The notes under the pieces: model-generated | What the model was told of the DNA's origin: nothing | The model's input: the letters and a program-made list of their open reading frames with translations, nothing else | Databases searched by the model: none | Origin: Candidatus Methanomethylicia archaeon | GTDB lineage: Archaea > Thermoproteota > Methanomethylicia > CALHIW01 | Length of the DNA stretch: 49,230 nucleotides | Assembly (NCBI GenBank): GCA_038845975.1 | Contig: JAWBQF010000020.1 | Coordinates: forward strand, 1-49,230 | Direction: 5' to 3' | Part shown: positions 30,763 through 40,304 of the stretch, piece after piece | Position numbering within the stretch: position 1 is the first letter of the stretch | Layout of the letters: the number at the start of each line of letters is the position of its first letter | Position numbers and translations under genes: made by a program

Positions 30763-31671
30763 TTGAACTTTATTGAATATTGGAAGATGATGAAGGATAG
30801 ATTTGATAAATACTTGCTTGATGAACTATCTACTCTACCTTTTAATGATGAGTTTAAAACATATTTTGATGGTGGTAAGAGGCTTAGACCAATACTTACA
30901 ATTCTAGTATGTCAGTCTCTAGGAGGTAAATTTGAGAATGCTATTGATTTCGCATTAGCTGTTGAACTTGTCCATAATTCAATGCTTATTCATGATGATT
31001 TCATTGATAGTCATACTCATAGACGTGGTCATGAATCCTTATGGAGAAAGCTTAATCCCAGAAGAGCTGTTTTAGTAGCTGATATGATTTTAAGCTATGC
31101 TCAAAGAAAAATTGCTAAGATCTCCGCTATAGGTTATACTACTCTCGCTAAGGCAATATATGATGTTACACTTGGAGCTGCTATGGAACCATTCAATATT
31201 AGTTACTTTATAGAAAGCTTTAAGGAGGGATCTATAAATACTAGATTCTATAGATTTCTTATAAGGCTTAAAACAGCTGCTTTATTTGCTGCTTCAGCTA
31301 AGCTTGGAGCTATAGCTGCGAAGAAGGATAGGAATATACGTAGTAAAGCCTACATGTATGGATTATATATTGGTGAAGCATTTCAGGTAGCTGATGATCT
31401 TGTAGATGTTTATAAGTTAAGAAATGGCGGGTTTGATGATGCAGTTCTTATAAGGCTTATTCCAGCATACGTATACTTCAGTAATTCGGTAAGTCTAGAT
31501 GTTAATAATCTAGATAATGATGTTATTATAGATGGGATGAAGAAGCTTATAAATGAAGCTATAGAGAATGCATTAAAACAGCTTAAAAACTGGCCTAATA
31601 ATGAATATACTTCAATACTTGCTGAAGCTCCTAAAACAATAACTGAGCTAATGCTTCAGGAATCCAGCTAG
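30763..31671 (+). CDS. Polyprenyl diphosphate synthase (GGPP synthase-like)
   Basis: It has GGKRLRP, HDDFID...RRG, KTAALF and FQVADDLVD. Confidence 0.92.
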   Translation: MNFIEYWKMMKDRFDKYLLDELSTLPFNDEFKTYFDGGKRLRPILTILVCQSLGGKFENAIDFALAVELVHNSMLIHDDFIDSHTHRRGHESLWRKLNPRRAVLVADMILSYAQRKIAKISAIGYTTLAKAIYDVTLGAAMEPFNISYFIESFKEGSINTRFYRFLIRLKTAALFAASAKLGAIAAKKDRNIRSKAYMYGLYIGEAFQVADDLVDVYKLRNGGFDDAVLIRLIPAYVYFSNSVSLDVNNLDNDVIIDGMKKLINEAIENALKQLKNWPNNEYTSILAEAPKTITELMLQESS

Positions 31672-31714
31672 TTTATGTTTGCTCTCAGTTTCCTGGATAT
31701 TGCTGGATTTATTG

Positions 31715-32509
31715 TTAACTTAATAGTTTTAAGACTTTATCTCTACTTATCCTTATGTAGTCCCTATCTATTGAATGGATTTCAAGAGTTAACGTATTAC
31801 TGTATCCTATTTTGGAGATTGACTTGAAAAACCGATTCCACTCTATTCTTCCAGCTCCTATTGGGAGATGTAGATCCTCCCTACCCATATTATCATGTAC
31901 ATGTATATGTTTTACTTTCTGTTTTAAATCGTTGATTATTTGATCAATATACTCCATACTACCTCTACTTATGTATGCATGGCCAGCATCTAATGTAAAC
32001 CATAATCCATCAATATCTTCAAATATTTCTTTAAGCTCCTTAAGAGTCATAGATTTATCATCTAGGTTTTCCAGACATATTGTAACCCCGTATTTCATTG
32101 AGTTTTTAACGAGTTCAGCTATGTTTTCCCTGAATTTTCTTATCATTCTCCATCTTAAGGCATTATAGTATATTGATGGAATTCCTTCAACAGGCTCAAC
32201 GTGAACTGTAAGTTTTGAAGCATTCAGTATATATGTTAACTCTAATACCTTTAAGAACTCCCTCATAAATGCTTTACTAACCGATTTATATGGATGTGCA
32301 AGATGGAAGAACCATGGTGCATGTGTTATTAAACTCATATTGTATGACGATAATAGATTAACTATTTCATTTTTATCTTTAACTATCTGGTTCGGAGTTG
32401 CTTTAGGATATTCTACTGTTAACTCTATGAAATCCAGCTTCATTTCACCGAAGAGTTTAATCTCATTAACTACTGGAAGTGCAGGATTATTCATTGATCC
32501 AATCCTCAT
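31715..32509 (-). CDS. Sugar phosphate isomerase/epimerase (xylose isomerase-like TIM barrel)
   Basis: It has LEN, TLDAGHA, HIHVHDN, DLHLPIGAG and LEI. Confidence 0.88.
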   Translation of the reverse strand: MRIGSMNNPALPVVNEIKLFGEMKLDFIELTVEYPKATPNQIVKDKNEIVNLLSSYNMSLITHAPWFFHLAHPYKSVSKAFMREFLKVLELTYILNASKLTVHVEPVEGIPSIYYNALRWRMIRKFRENIAELVKNSMKYGVTICLENLDDKSMTLKELKEIFEDIDGLWFTLDAGHAYISRGSMEYIDQIINDLKQKVKHIHVHDNMGREDLHLPIGAGRIEWNRFFKSISKIGYSNTLTLEIHSIDRDYIRISRDKVLKLLS

Positions 32510-32521
32510 AAACTCACCATT

Positions 32522-34408
32522 CTAGCTAATACTCTTCATTCTACTTCTAACTTTATTAAGTGCTTTATCAACATCTTCTAGATCTAGTTTCTTCAGGATT
32601 TCTGATTTCGGTATTCCATATTCATCCCATCCAATAGCTTCATAGTATTCCCTAACTGCTTTCCTAGTATTTTCTCTATTAAGAGACTTCCCTCTACTTG
32701 GTCCTGAAGGTAACGGTTCATAGAATCTTTCAGGGTTATCATCATCTACTATTGGACTCCAATATATGTCTGGTCCTCCGAGAAGTAGTGTTGCTCTCTG
32801 TATTTGTAGTATTCTTAGAGCTATTTCTTCATACCATTGATTCCTCGATATATTCCATCCAGTTACTGAATTCATGAATTCAAAAAGTAAACTTAAACTC
32901 CAAACATTAAAAGCACAGACAACTCCTGAATCCGCCGCTATCATTGACAATTCAGTATTCCATAGTGGTCCATCTAATGGTAGTCCAGCTATTGATGTAT
33001 GGTCTCCCCCCTGAACTGAGCATGCATACGATACTTGTTGTGGATAGTCAAGTCCACTTCTAACTCCATGTGCTCCTATAGCTATACCCTTAGATTGAAT
33101 AGCATAACTTAATAGATTCATGTTTTTAATTCTACCTAGTATTAAAGCTGCTCTATATGTTCCCTCAGCCAGTACATTACCTATTCCCTTTCTTCTCGCA
33201 ATATCCTCTGCAAGCTTTACAAATACTTTAGGATTACCCCACTCCAGTTTTAACCCGTTAAGATCTTTCTCGGTTAGTATTCCTCTCTGATACAGTTCAC
33301 CAGCAAATCCTAGAACGTTTCCACACTGTATTCCACATAGTCCTAGATCATCTATAGCTGATGAAATATAGACGTTTCCTTCAGGTGTAAATACTCCAAG
33401 ATTTGTTCCTAGATATGCTTGAAGTTCATAGTCCGGATTATCTGTTATAGCTCCTTTAAAGGGTCCGCTTTTAACTACTGCTATTTTTAAGCATGAAGTT
33501 GGGCATCCATAATCTGCCCAGTATCGTTTAACCCATAGTCTTCTTTCAAATTTATCAACTCCATATTCTACATTGTCATGCCATTCCTCTTGCCAGTTTC
33601 TTATCGGTTCACTACTTGTATCAGCTCCATAGCTATATCCTCCATAACCTGTTCCCCATCTACGCCATTCATCATTAGCATATGATAGCTTAGCAACTTT
33701 ATCCATTAACTCTAAAACCCTATTCCTATCAGCTACTGGTGGTAGGGGTTTGGTTCCCTTAACAGCTATTGCCTTCAGATTTTTTGAACCCATTACAGCT
33801 CCATAACCCCCATAGCCTGCACCATGAGTCCACTTACTCATTACAGCAGAGATCCTAACCTTGTTCTCACCTGCTGGTCCTATGTATATTAATCCAGGCT
33901 CCCTCCATAAACCTACTCTCGGCCATAGTTTTGAAAGCTCTTCTCTAACCTCTTTATTTATTTTCATAACTGTTTTCTTACCATCTAAACCCCAAATATG
34001 ACTTGAATCTCTAATTTCAACATTATCATCCTTTATAAATATGTAAACTGGGCTTGAAGCTCTTCCAGTAACTATTATTCCATCCCATCCTGCACATTTA
34101 AGCTCTAATGCAAATTCTCCGCCGATAGTTGAGCCAACAATACCATTACTCTGCGGGCTCTTACCGGAAATACATACTCTAGCTCCAGGATAATATCCTG
34201 TTAATGGTCCTGTTAAAGCTAGGAAAATGTTTTCTAACCCTAATGGATCTATTTCCTCCCATTTATTTCCAAGCCTATCCCATAGGATCTTTACAGCTAA
34301 TCCTCTTCCACCAATAAATCTTTTTAAAACCTCTTCTTCAAGCTTAATCTCCTCTATCTTCTCTCTTGTAAGATCTACTTCAAGTATTTTACCGTTATAT
34401 CCAAACAT
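32522..34408 (-). CDS. Tungsten aldehyde:ferredoxin oxidoreductase family, WOR5-type large subunit
   Basis: It has GGRGL, GPLTG, GAVMGSKNLKA, SSEPIRNWQEE, YWADYGCP, PDYELQAY and QGGDHTS. Confidence 0.9.
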   Translation of the reverse strand: MFGYNGKILEVDLTREKIEEIKLEEEVLKRFIGGRGLAVKILWDRLGNKWEEIDPLGLENIFLALTGPLTGYYPGARVCISGKSPQSNGIVGSTIGGEFALELKCAGWDGIIVTGRASSPVYIFIKDDNVEIRDSSHIWGLDGKKTVMKINKEVREELSKLWPRVGLWREPGLIYIGPAGENKVRISAVMSKWTHGAGYGGYGAVMGSKNLKAIAVKGTKPLPPVADRNRVLELMDKVAKLSYANDEWRRWGTGYGGYSYGADTSSEPIRNWQEEWHDNVEYGVDKFERRLWVKRYWADYGCPTSCLKIAVVKSGPFKGAITDNPDYELQAYLGTNLGVFTPEGNVYISSAIDDLGLCGIQCGNVLGFAGELYQRGILTEKDLNGLKLEWGNPKVFVKLAEDIARRKGIGNVLAEGTYRAALILGRIKNMNLLSYAIQSKGIAIGAHGVRSGLDYPQQVSYACSVQGGDHTSIAGLPLDGPLWNTELSMIAADSGVVCAFNVWSLSLLFEFMNSVTGWNISRNQWYEEIALRILQIQRATLLLGGPDIYWSPIVDDDNPERFYEPLPSGPSRGKSLNRENTRKAVREYYEAIGWDEYGIPKSEILKKLDLEDVDKALNKVRSRMKSIS

Positions 34409-34410
34409 AT

Positions 34411-34935
34411 CTACACCTCTACCTCAATTAGGTCTCCATAGAGATTAAACGCTAAATCCCTAGTCATTTCCTCAGGTTTTCTTGCATACAGTTTAAATGT
34501 GTTCTTGAAGAATTCCTTCTTCGTAATCCATAATGCATTCCATCCTCCTTCACGACATATTTTAACACATTGCGGATCTCCACCACATAAATCACATATA
34601 ACCACATATTTCCCTCTTGGATGTAGATGTGGTATTTCTCCTGGACAGCTTTTAATACAGTTTCCACAGCCACTACACTTCTCCTTATCAACTACAACAG
34701 CTCCTGTTTCCTCGTTAATACTTAAAGCTAAGGTTGGACATGATTTAACACATGGATATTCTGGGCATTGAGTACATAAATGAATAACTTCTAATCCAGG
34801 TATAAGCATGAAAATTCTAATTCTAGATGCTTCAGGCCATATTTCCCCCTCATGATGTAGAGAGCATACTATTTCACATCTTCTACAGCCACTACATTTT
34901 AAATAGTCTCTTGCAATCCATATTTTCCCAGACAT
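34411..34935 (-). CDS. 4Fe-4S polyferredoxin small subunit of the oxidoreductase
   Basis: It has four Cys clusters (CSGCRRCEIVC, CTQCPEYPCVKSCP, CSGCGNCIKSCP, CDLCGGDPQC). The likely start is MSGKIW at 34935. Confidence 0.9.
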   Translation of the reverse strand: MSGKIWIARDYLKCSGCRRCEIVCSLHHEGEIWPEASRIRIFMLIPGLEVIHLCTQCPEYPCVKSCPTLALSINEETGAVVVDKEKCSGCGNCIKSCPGEIPHLHPRGKYVVICDLCGGDPQCVKICREGGWNALWITKKEFFKNTFKLYARKPEEMTRDLAFNLYGDLIEVEV

Positions 34936-34955
34936 ATAAAACACCAATACTCCAT

Positions 34956-36311
34956 TCAGAAACACTTATAAATTTTCGTCTTTAAGCTTTTAAATGGCTT
35001 AATATATAGCCTTAAAGCCTCCAATATTTTTTCAGGTGATAATACTACATGTATTAGTGTTGATGTTAAAACATATATTGATGGTGTAAGTATTAATACA
35101 TAGAAACTATACATTGTCTTATTCCCAGCAAAGTATACTAGAAGATATCCTGTAAATATTGTTGTAAACCATAATGGCGAAATTAAGTATTCTCTTGCTT
35201 TAATTGATAGATATGGTGTAAATATTAGCGATATTAAGGCTATTATATATATTGCTGGATTTACTGATGCTGATAGGTCAGGATTGTAGTGGAGTGGAAA
35301 TGGATTTTCATTAATAAACCATCCCCAAGGAGTTGATGTTGGCGGCCCTTCCGGTCTAGGAGTTAAATGCCACTTCATCCCTCCCTCAATAGATTGTATC
35401 CACTGTTGAATGCCCATGTAGGCTATGAATGGTGTATTGATGAATATCCATACAATTATTGGAATATATATTGATATAAGTATGGCTTTTGATGGATGTT
35501 CCCCCTTCAGAATCATGTAGATTAGCAATGCCGGAATAGAGAATACGCCTGTTAACTTGGATGCTGCAGCTAAACCTATAGCTATAGCTGATAAGCAGTA
35601 TTTCTCCTTTAACGTGAGAATCATAGATAAAGCTGTAAAAAACGTAGTGTATATTTCAAGCATAGCGATAGACGATAAACCTTTAAATATAGGGTCTAGA
35701 AATGCAAACATGAAGACAGTAAACCCTATAAATGGATTAGTAAGCTTAGCCACTATTAAGTATACTATAAATATTGTTAATGAGCCTAATAAAATACTTG
35801 GAATCCTCCAGCTTAAAGGCTTATCTCCTAATAGAAGCATTAATAAACCAATTACGTATTTGACAAGTGGTGGATGTTCAGTATTCAGGTAGTTCTCAAT
35901 AACTTCATGATCACTATACATGTATCCTCTCTGAATAAACTTTACTTCTTCAATTCCCTTCAGCTCTAAAGGTTTTAAGGTTTTAACAGCTAAAGCTGGA
36001 ACTTTACTATACTCATAAACAATAACTCCATCAATTTCCCGAATAACCTTATCTCTACTATAATCTCTATCGTTAAAGGATTTGAAGAATATTGTATAGT
36101 ATATGTATCCTTCATCGTCAATATATAATGGCTGAACATTAAAAACCTCTCTTAAAATATTACGTGCAGAGTTAACATACCATGTTTCATCAGAAACATA
36201 GCTAAGAGTTCCCTTAACATCTAGAGCTATTTTAAAACATGTATAACTAAATATTAACGTTAAAGTTAAAGCTGTGATTAAGCATGCAATTTTAATTCTT
36301 CTAAAATCCAT
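34956..36311 (-). CDS. Dolichyl-phosphate-mannose:protein mannosyltransferase-like (GT39/PMT)
   Basis: It has YVSDETWY, NTEHPPLVKY, WRIPS and AMLEI, with multiple TM helices. Confidence 0.85.
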   Translation of the reverse strand: MDFRRIKIACLITALTLTLIFSYTCFKIALDVKGTLSYVSDETWYVNSARNILREVFNVQPLYIDDEGYIYYTIFFKSFNDRDYSRDKVIREIDGVIVYEYSKVPALAVKTLKPLELKGIEEVKFIQRGYMYSDHEVIENYLNTEHPPLVKYVIGLLMLLLGDKPLSWRIPSILLGSLTIFIVYLIVAKLTNPFIGFTVFMFAFLDPIFKGLSSIAMLEIYTTFFTALSMILTLKEKYCLSAIAIGLAAASKLTGVFSIPALLIYMILKGEHPSKAILISIYIPIIVWIFINTPFIAYMGIQQWIQSIEGGMKWHLTPRPEGPPTSTPWGWFINENPFPLHYNPDLSASVNPAIYIIALISLIFTPYLSIKAREYLISPLWFTTIFTGYLLVYFAGNKTMYSFYVLILTPSIYVLTSTLIHVVLSPEKILEALRLYIKPFKSLKTKIYKCF

Positions 36312-36785
36312 AAGTAAAAGGCCATATTAAACTTTTAAATTTAACCATATTGTACTAGCTGTTAAACAGCTCTATAATGCTATTCAGCTACCCTATGATT
36401 AAACCCCCCATGGGTACTGTAGAAATATTCTTTCTTTGCTATTATGTTAATGATATTCAAAGTAAAAGTATAGGAAGTTTAGAAAGGTTATGGAACCTAT
36501 TAATGATAGCTATAAGGGAGTTTATGTGAATAACCTACTTTATTGGGAGAGTAGAAAATAGAATAAAATCGGAAGAGTGAAGATTAAACAGTAGTATAAA
36601 ATGTATGGAAGGCATAAAACTGGATAATAAACACAATTAGAATTTTCTAATCTAGCAACTTAATAGAGAAGTTACAATATGTTAAGCTGCCATGTTTCTC
36701 TATGGATAAAGTTTTTATATTGGGTTTTACTATGGTTTACGGTGGATTGGTTATTTCAAACGTTTCAATAATGTATTGGAGTTGA

Positions 36786-38657
36786 TTGTTCTTGAGAATC
36801 TTACTTATCCATGCTGATAGCTTTAGCTATGAGGTTAAGGAGAAAGCAATATCTCAGCCTGAACCATTAACAAACGATAGGGTTAAAGGATTTTTCGAGG
36901 AGGTTCTTGTAGTTTTTATTTCTGTTGAGGAGGATGATGGGTTTAACGTTGAGGAAATTGTTGATTCTGCTTCAAAATCCATTATTGATGTTGCTGAGAA
37001 GATAGGTGTTAAAAACATAGTTCTCTACCCGTATGCTCATCTATCCTCAAATCTTGCTCCTCCTAAAGTAGCTATTAACATACTGGTAAGACTTGAAGAG
37101 AATCTTAGAGGAATTGGAGTTAACGTTCATAGAAGCCCGTTTGGATGGTATAAACGGTTTGAAATTAAATGCAAGGGACATCCATTAAGTGAGCTTTCAA
37201 GATCAATAGTAGCTAAAGAAAGGATTGAACATGAGGAAACCAAACTAGTTGAATCTAAACCAAGTAAATTCATAGTTTTAGGTCTTAATGGTGTTGAATA
37301 CCCCATTACTAAATCCAGTATTGAGGATTTAATAATTGTTAAGGATTATCCACTACTTAAACAGTTTATTCTAAGTGAGTTTACTGGTGGAGCTCCAGGT
37401 AAGACTCCTACTCATATTAAGCTTATGAGGAAACTTGAACTTGTAGACTATGAGCCTGCATCTGATATTGGTCATTTCAGATTCTATCCTAAGGGAGCCT
37501 TACTGAAGAGGCTTCTTGAAGAATTTGCATTTCAAGTTGCTGTAAATATTAATGCCATGATTATTGAGACACCGGTTATGTATAGACTTGACGAGAAAGA
37601 TATTTCTGAGCAGGCTTCAAGGTTTCTTGAGAAAGATTATAGGTTTGAAGCTGATGGTAAAAAGCTTGTTTTAAGATTTGCAGGTGATTTTGGACTCTTT
37701 AAAATGATGAGTAATGCTGTATTTAGCTATCGTCAACTTCCAATAAGGATATTTGAGCTTTCCCCATCATATAGGCTTGAAAAAAGCGGTGAATGTGTAG
37801 GTTTAAGACGTTTAAGAGCTTTTACAATGCCGGATATTCACTGTTTCTGTAGAGATCTTAAGCAGGGTATGGATGAGTATAAGCTCATATTTAAAAACTA
37901 TACTAAGCTCGCCGATTCTATGGGTATAGACTATATTGTAGTCTTCCGTGTAGTAGAATCATTCTACAATGAGAATAAGGAGTGGTTTAAAAGCCTTATA
38001 GAAATAGCTGGTAAACCAGCATTTATAGAGTTACTTCCTGAAATGAAGCATTACTGGATTGTTAAACATGAATATCAATTCATAGATTCTGTAGGTGGAA
38101 GTGCTCAGCTATGTACTGTTCAGCTAGATATTGAGGATAGTGAGAGATATGGAATTATGTATGTTGATGAAGATGGAAGCAAGAAAGGATGTATAATAGT
38201 TCATAGCAGTATGGGTTCAATAGAGAGATGGATTTATGCAGTATTGGAGCAAGCTGCAAAAGCAATGAGTGAAGGCAAAACGCCAACAATACCTATATGG
38301 TTAAGCCCAATACAGGTAAGAATAATACCTGTAAGCCATGACCAGATGGATTATGCGTTAAAGCTAGCTTCAAGAATTGAATTTGAAAACATAAGAGTAG
38401 ATGTAGATGATAGAGAGGGAACAGTATCATCAAAAATTAGGGATGCTGAGAAGGAATGGATACCTTACATAGTAGTTGTTGGGAAAAAGGAGGTTGAAGG
38501 AAAGCTACTACCTGTAAGGGTTAGAGGTGAAGGAATACATAACCTTACAGTAGATCAGCTAATAGAGAATATAAAGAGTAAAGTTAGAGATAAGCCGTAT
38601 AAGCCATTAACACTACCAAAACTTCTATCACTTAGACCGAAATTCATAGCTACATAA
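36786..38657 (+). CDS. thrS: Threonyl-tRNA synthetase with archaeal editing domain
   Basis: It has LLIHAD, YPYAHLS, PFGWYK, RLRAFTMPDIH, GSIER and a C-terminal anticodon-binding domain. Confidence 0.95.
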   Translation: MFLRILLIHADSFSYEVKEKAISQPEPLTNDRVKGFFEEVLVVFISVEEDDGFNVEEIVDSASKSIIDVAEKIGVKNIVLYPYAHLSSNLAPPKVAINILVRLEENLRGIGVNVHRSPFGWYKRFEIKCKGHPLSELSRSIVAKERIEHEETKLVESKPSKFIVLGLNGVEYPITKSSIEDLIIVKDYPLLKQFILSEFTGGAPGKTPTHIKLMRKLELVDYEPASDIGHFRFYPKGALLKRLLEEFAFQVAVNINAMIIETPVMYRLDEKDISEQASRFLEKDYRFEADGKKLVLRFAGDFGLFKMMSNAVFSYRQLPIRIFELSPSYRLEKSGECVGLRRLRAFTMPDIHCFCRDLKQGMDEYKLIFKNYTKLADSMGIDYIVVFRVVESFYNENKEWFKSLIEIAGKPAFIELLPEMKHYWIVKHEYQFIDSVGGSAQLCTVQLDIEDSERYGIMYVDEDGSKKGCIIVHSSMGSIERWIYAVLEQAAKAMSEGKTPTIPIWLSPIQVRIIPVSHDQMDYALKLASRIEFENIRVDVDDREGTVSSKIRDAEKEWIPYIVVVGKKEVEGKLLPVRVRGEGIHNLTVDQLIENIKSKVRDKPYKPLTLPKLLSLRPKFIAT

Positions 38658-38709
38658 CCTACATGTCGATATATAGCAATTCTAGATAGTTTTAATTCTA
38701 ATATAAAAT

Positions 38710-39474
38710 CTATTTAAGCTTTAATGTTTTAATCGGGTTCTCATAGGATATTTTTAAAGCTTCCTTAGCTAAATCCATTCTCTTAAGAGTATTTACTGCT
38801 TCAAATACTGCAAGTGGATTACTGGGGTCTCTTCCAGCATCACTATTTAAAATTATGTTTTCACATCCGTGCTGAGCTATTATATCAATTACGTCCTTAA
38901 TGTTTAGCTTATCTTCTTGAATTGTTAATCCAGCTTTAAATCCCTCCGATATTATTACTTCAACAGTTTCTCTTGAGGCATGATCTATAATAGTAAGTTC
39001 AGGATTAACCCTACTCTTTTTAGCTATATTTATAATTTTATTGGTTGCTTGAAGTTTAAGACTTCTTGGAGTATGTATTATAACTGGCTTATCAAGTCTA
39101 GATGCTATTTTCAGCTGTTCTTGAAGTATTTCAAACTCTAATGTTGAACAGTTTTCAACTCCAATTTCTCCAAGAGTTAATGCATTATTGGTTGAGAGAT
39201 ATTCCTCAACGATTTTAAGTGTTTCTTCAAGCTTTCTTTTTGGAATACATCTTGGATGAATACCAACACCACTATAAGCTTTTAAACCAGCTCTTGCAAA
39301 TCTTTCAGTTTCAGCTTCACAAAGCCATTTAAACATATCGTTAAATGTATCTGGACCACTAGGTCTAACTGGGATATAGGCAAGATTTAAAACGCCAATA
39401 CATCCCGAATTCCTTAAAGACTCAAGAGTATTAAAACCGCTAAATTGATGATGTGTATGTGGATCAAACCACAT
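38710..39474 (-). CDS. TatD-family metal-dependent hydrolase
   Basis: It has DPHTH, GIHPR, LGEIG, IHTPR, IDH and NSD. Confidence 0.9.
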   Translation of the reverse strand: MWFDPHTHHQFSGFNTLESLRNSGCIGVLNLAYIPVRPSGPDTFNDMFKWLCEAETERFARAGLKAYSGVGIHPRCIPKRKLEETLKIVEEYLSTNNALTLGEIGVENCSTLEFEILQEQLKIASRLDKPVIIHTPRSLKLQATNKIINIAKKSRVNPELTIIDHASRETVEVIISEGFKAGLTIQEDKLNIKDVIDIIAQHGCENIILNSDAGRDPSNPLAVFEAVNTLKRMDLAKEALKISYENPIKTLKLK

Positions 39475-39542
39475 AATCTAAACATAAACGCTAATTTTTA
39501 AATTTTCAGATACATCTAGCCTATTTAATATAGTATAAGCTA

Positions 39543-39968
39543 TTAGGCTGTATTGTTTAGATTGATTATTTCATCATTTACATCGTGAACTGGAAAGGCT
39601 GGAACTATAGATCTCCCTATTCTAGCTCTAGCTGGTGATAGGATAACTAGCTTAATTCCTCTTACTACACATAATCCCTTAAGTATACCTACTATTCTTC
39701 TAGCTATGTTTAGTGCGAGACCATTGCTTAGTGATGTAAACCCCTGGAGATCTATAACTATGTAGTTAATGTTTTGGGGTATTATTAAATCTATGTTTTT
39801 CTCCAGTATTAATGGATTATCATATATGTGTATTAAATCATGTTCATGAGATGATATTTCTGCAAGCTTAAAGTCTGAGGTTATTAATAGTTTTGGAGTT
39901 AGTTTTTTAATAGCATCTATAATCCTACATTTACTACCATACATTAGTATTGCTCTAATCATCTTCAA
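39543..39968 (-). CDS. Hypothetical protein, possible degenerate RecA-fold
   Basis: It has AILMYG with no P-loop, a Walker-B-like YIVID, and LKGLCVVRGIKLVILS. It overlaps the SWIM gene. Confidence 0.55.
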   Translation of the reverse strand: MKMIRAILMYGSKCRIIDAIKKLTPKLLITSDFKLAEISSHEHDLIHIYDNPLILEKNIDLIIPQNINYIVIDLQGFTSLSNGLALNIARRIVGILKGLCVVRGIKLVILSPARARIGRSIVPAFPVHDVNDEIINLNNTA

Positions 39969-40299
39969 ATCTTCTCTGTTTATGAAGCTCTAAAAGTCTT
40001 AAAAGTATTACAGCTCCAACATGTGTACATACTTCTCTTCTTCTCCTATTAGACCATTGTTTTAATGGATTATAACAGCTACATTCATATCTTCTATTTT
40101 CCTCATCATATTTCACGATGTATATTTGGTCGTAGTCACCCATTCCAGGTCTTCCACGAATAAGCCATGTATTCATGTTTTTAGAGCTTTTCCTTACATC
40201 TCTCAATCTAGCTTTACATCTCATAAAGAATGATTTACTCTTCCTGGAGTATAGTTTTTCTAGATGTTTAATAGCTTCTTCAATTATTTTTCTATTCAT
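39955..40299 (-). CDS. SWIM zinc-finger protein
   Basis: YECSC...VCTHVGAV gives CxC-xn-CxH, and the protein is strongly basic. Confidence 0.85.
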   Translation of the reverse strand: MNRKIIEEAIKHLEKLYSRKSKSFFMRCKARLRDVRKSSKNMNTWLIRGRPGMGDYDQIYIVKYDEENRRYECSCYNPLKQWSNRRRREVCTHVGAVILLRLLELHKQRRFEDD

Positions 40300-40304
40300 A
40301 ATTG

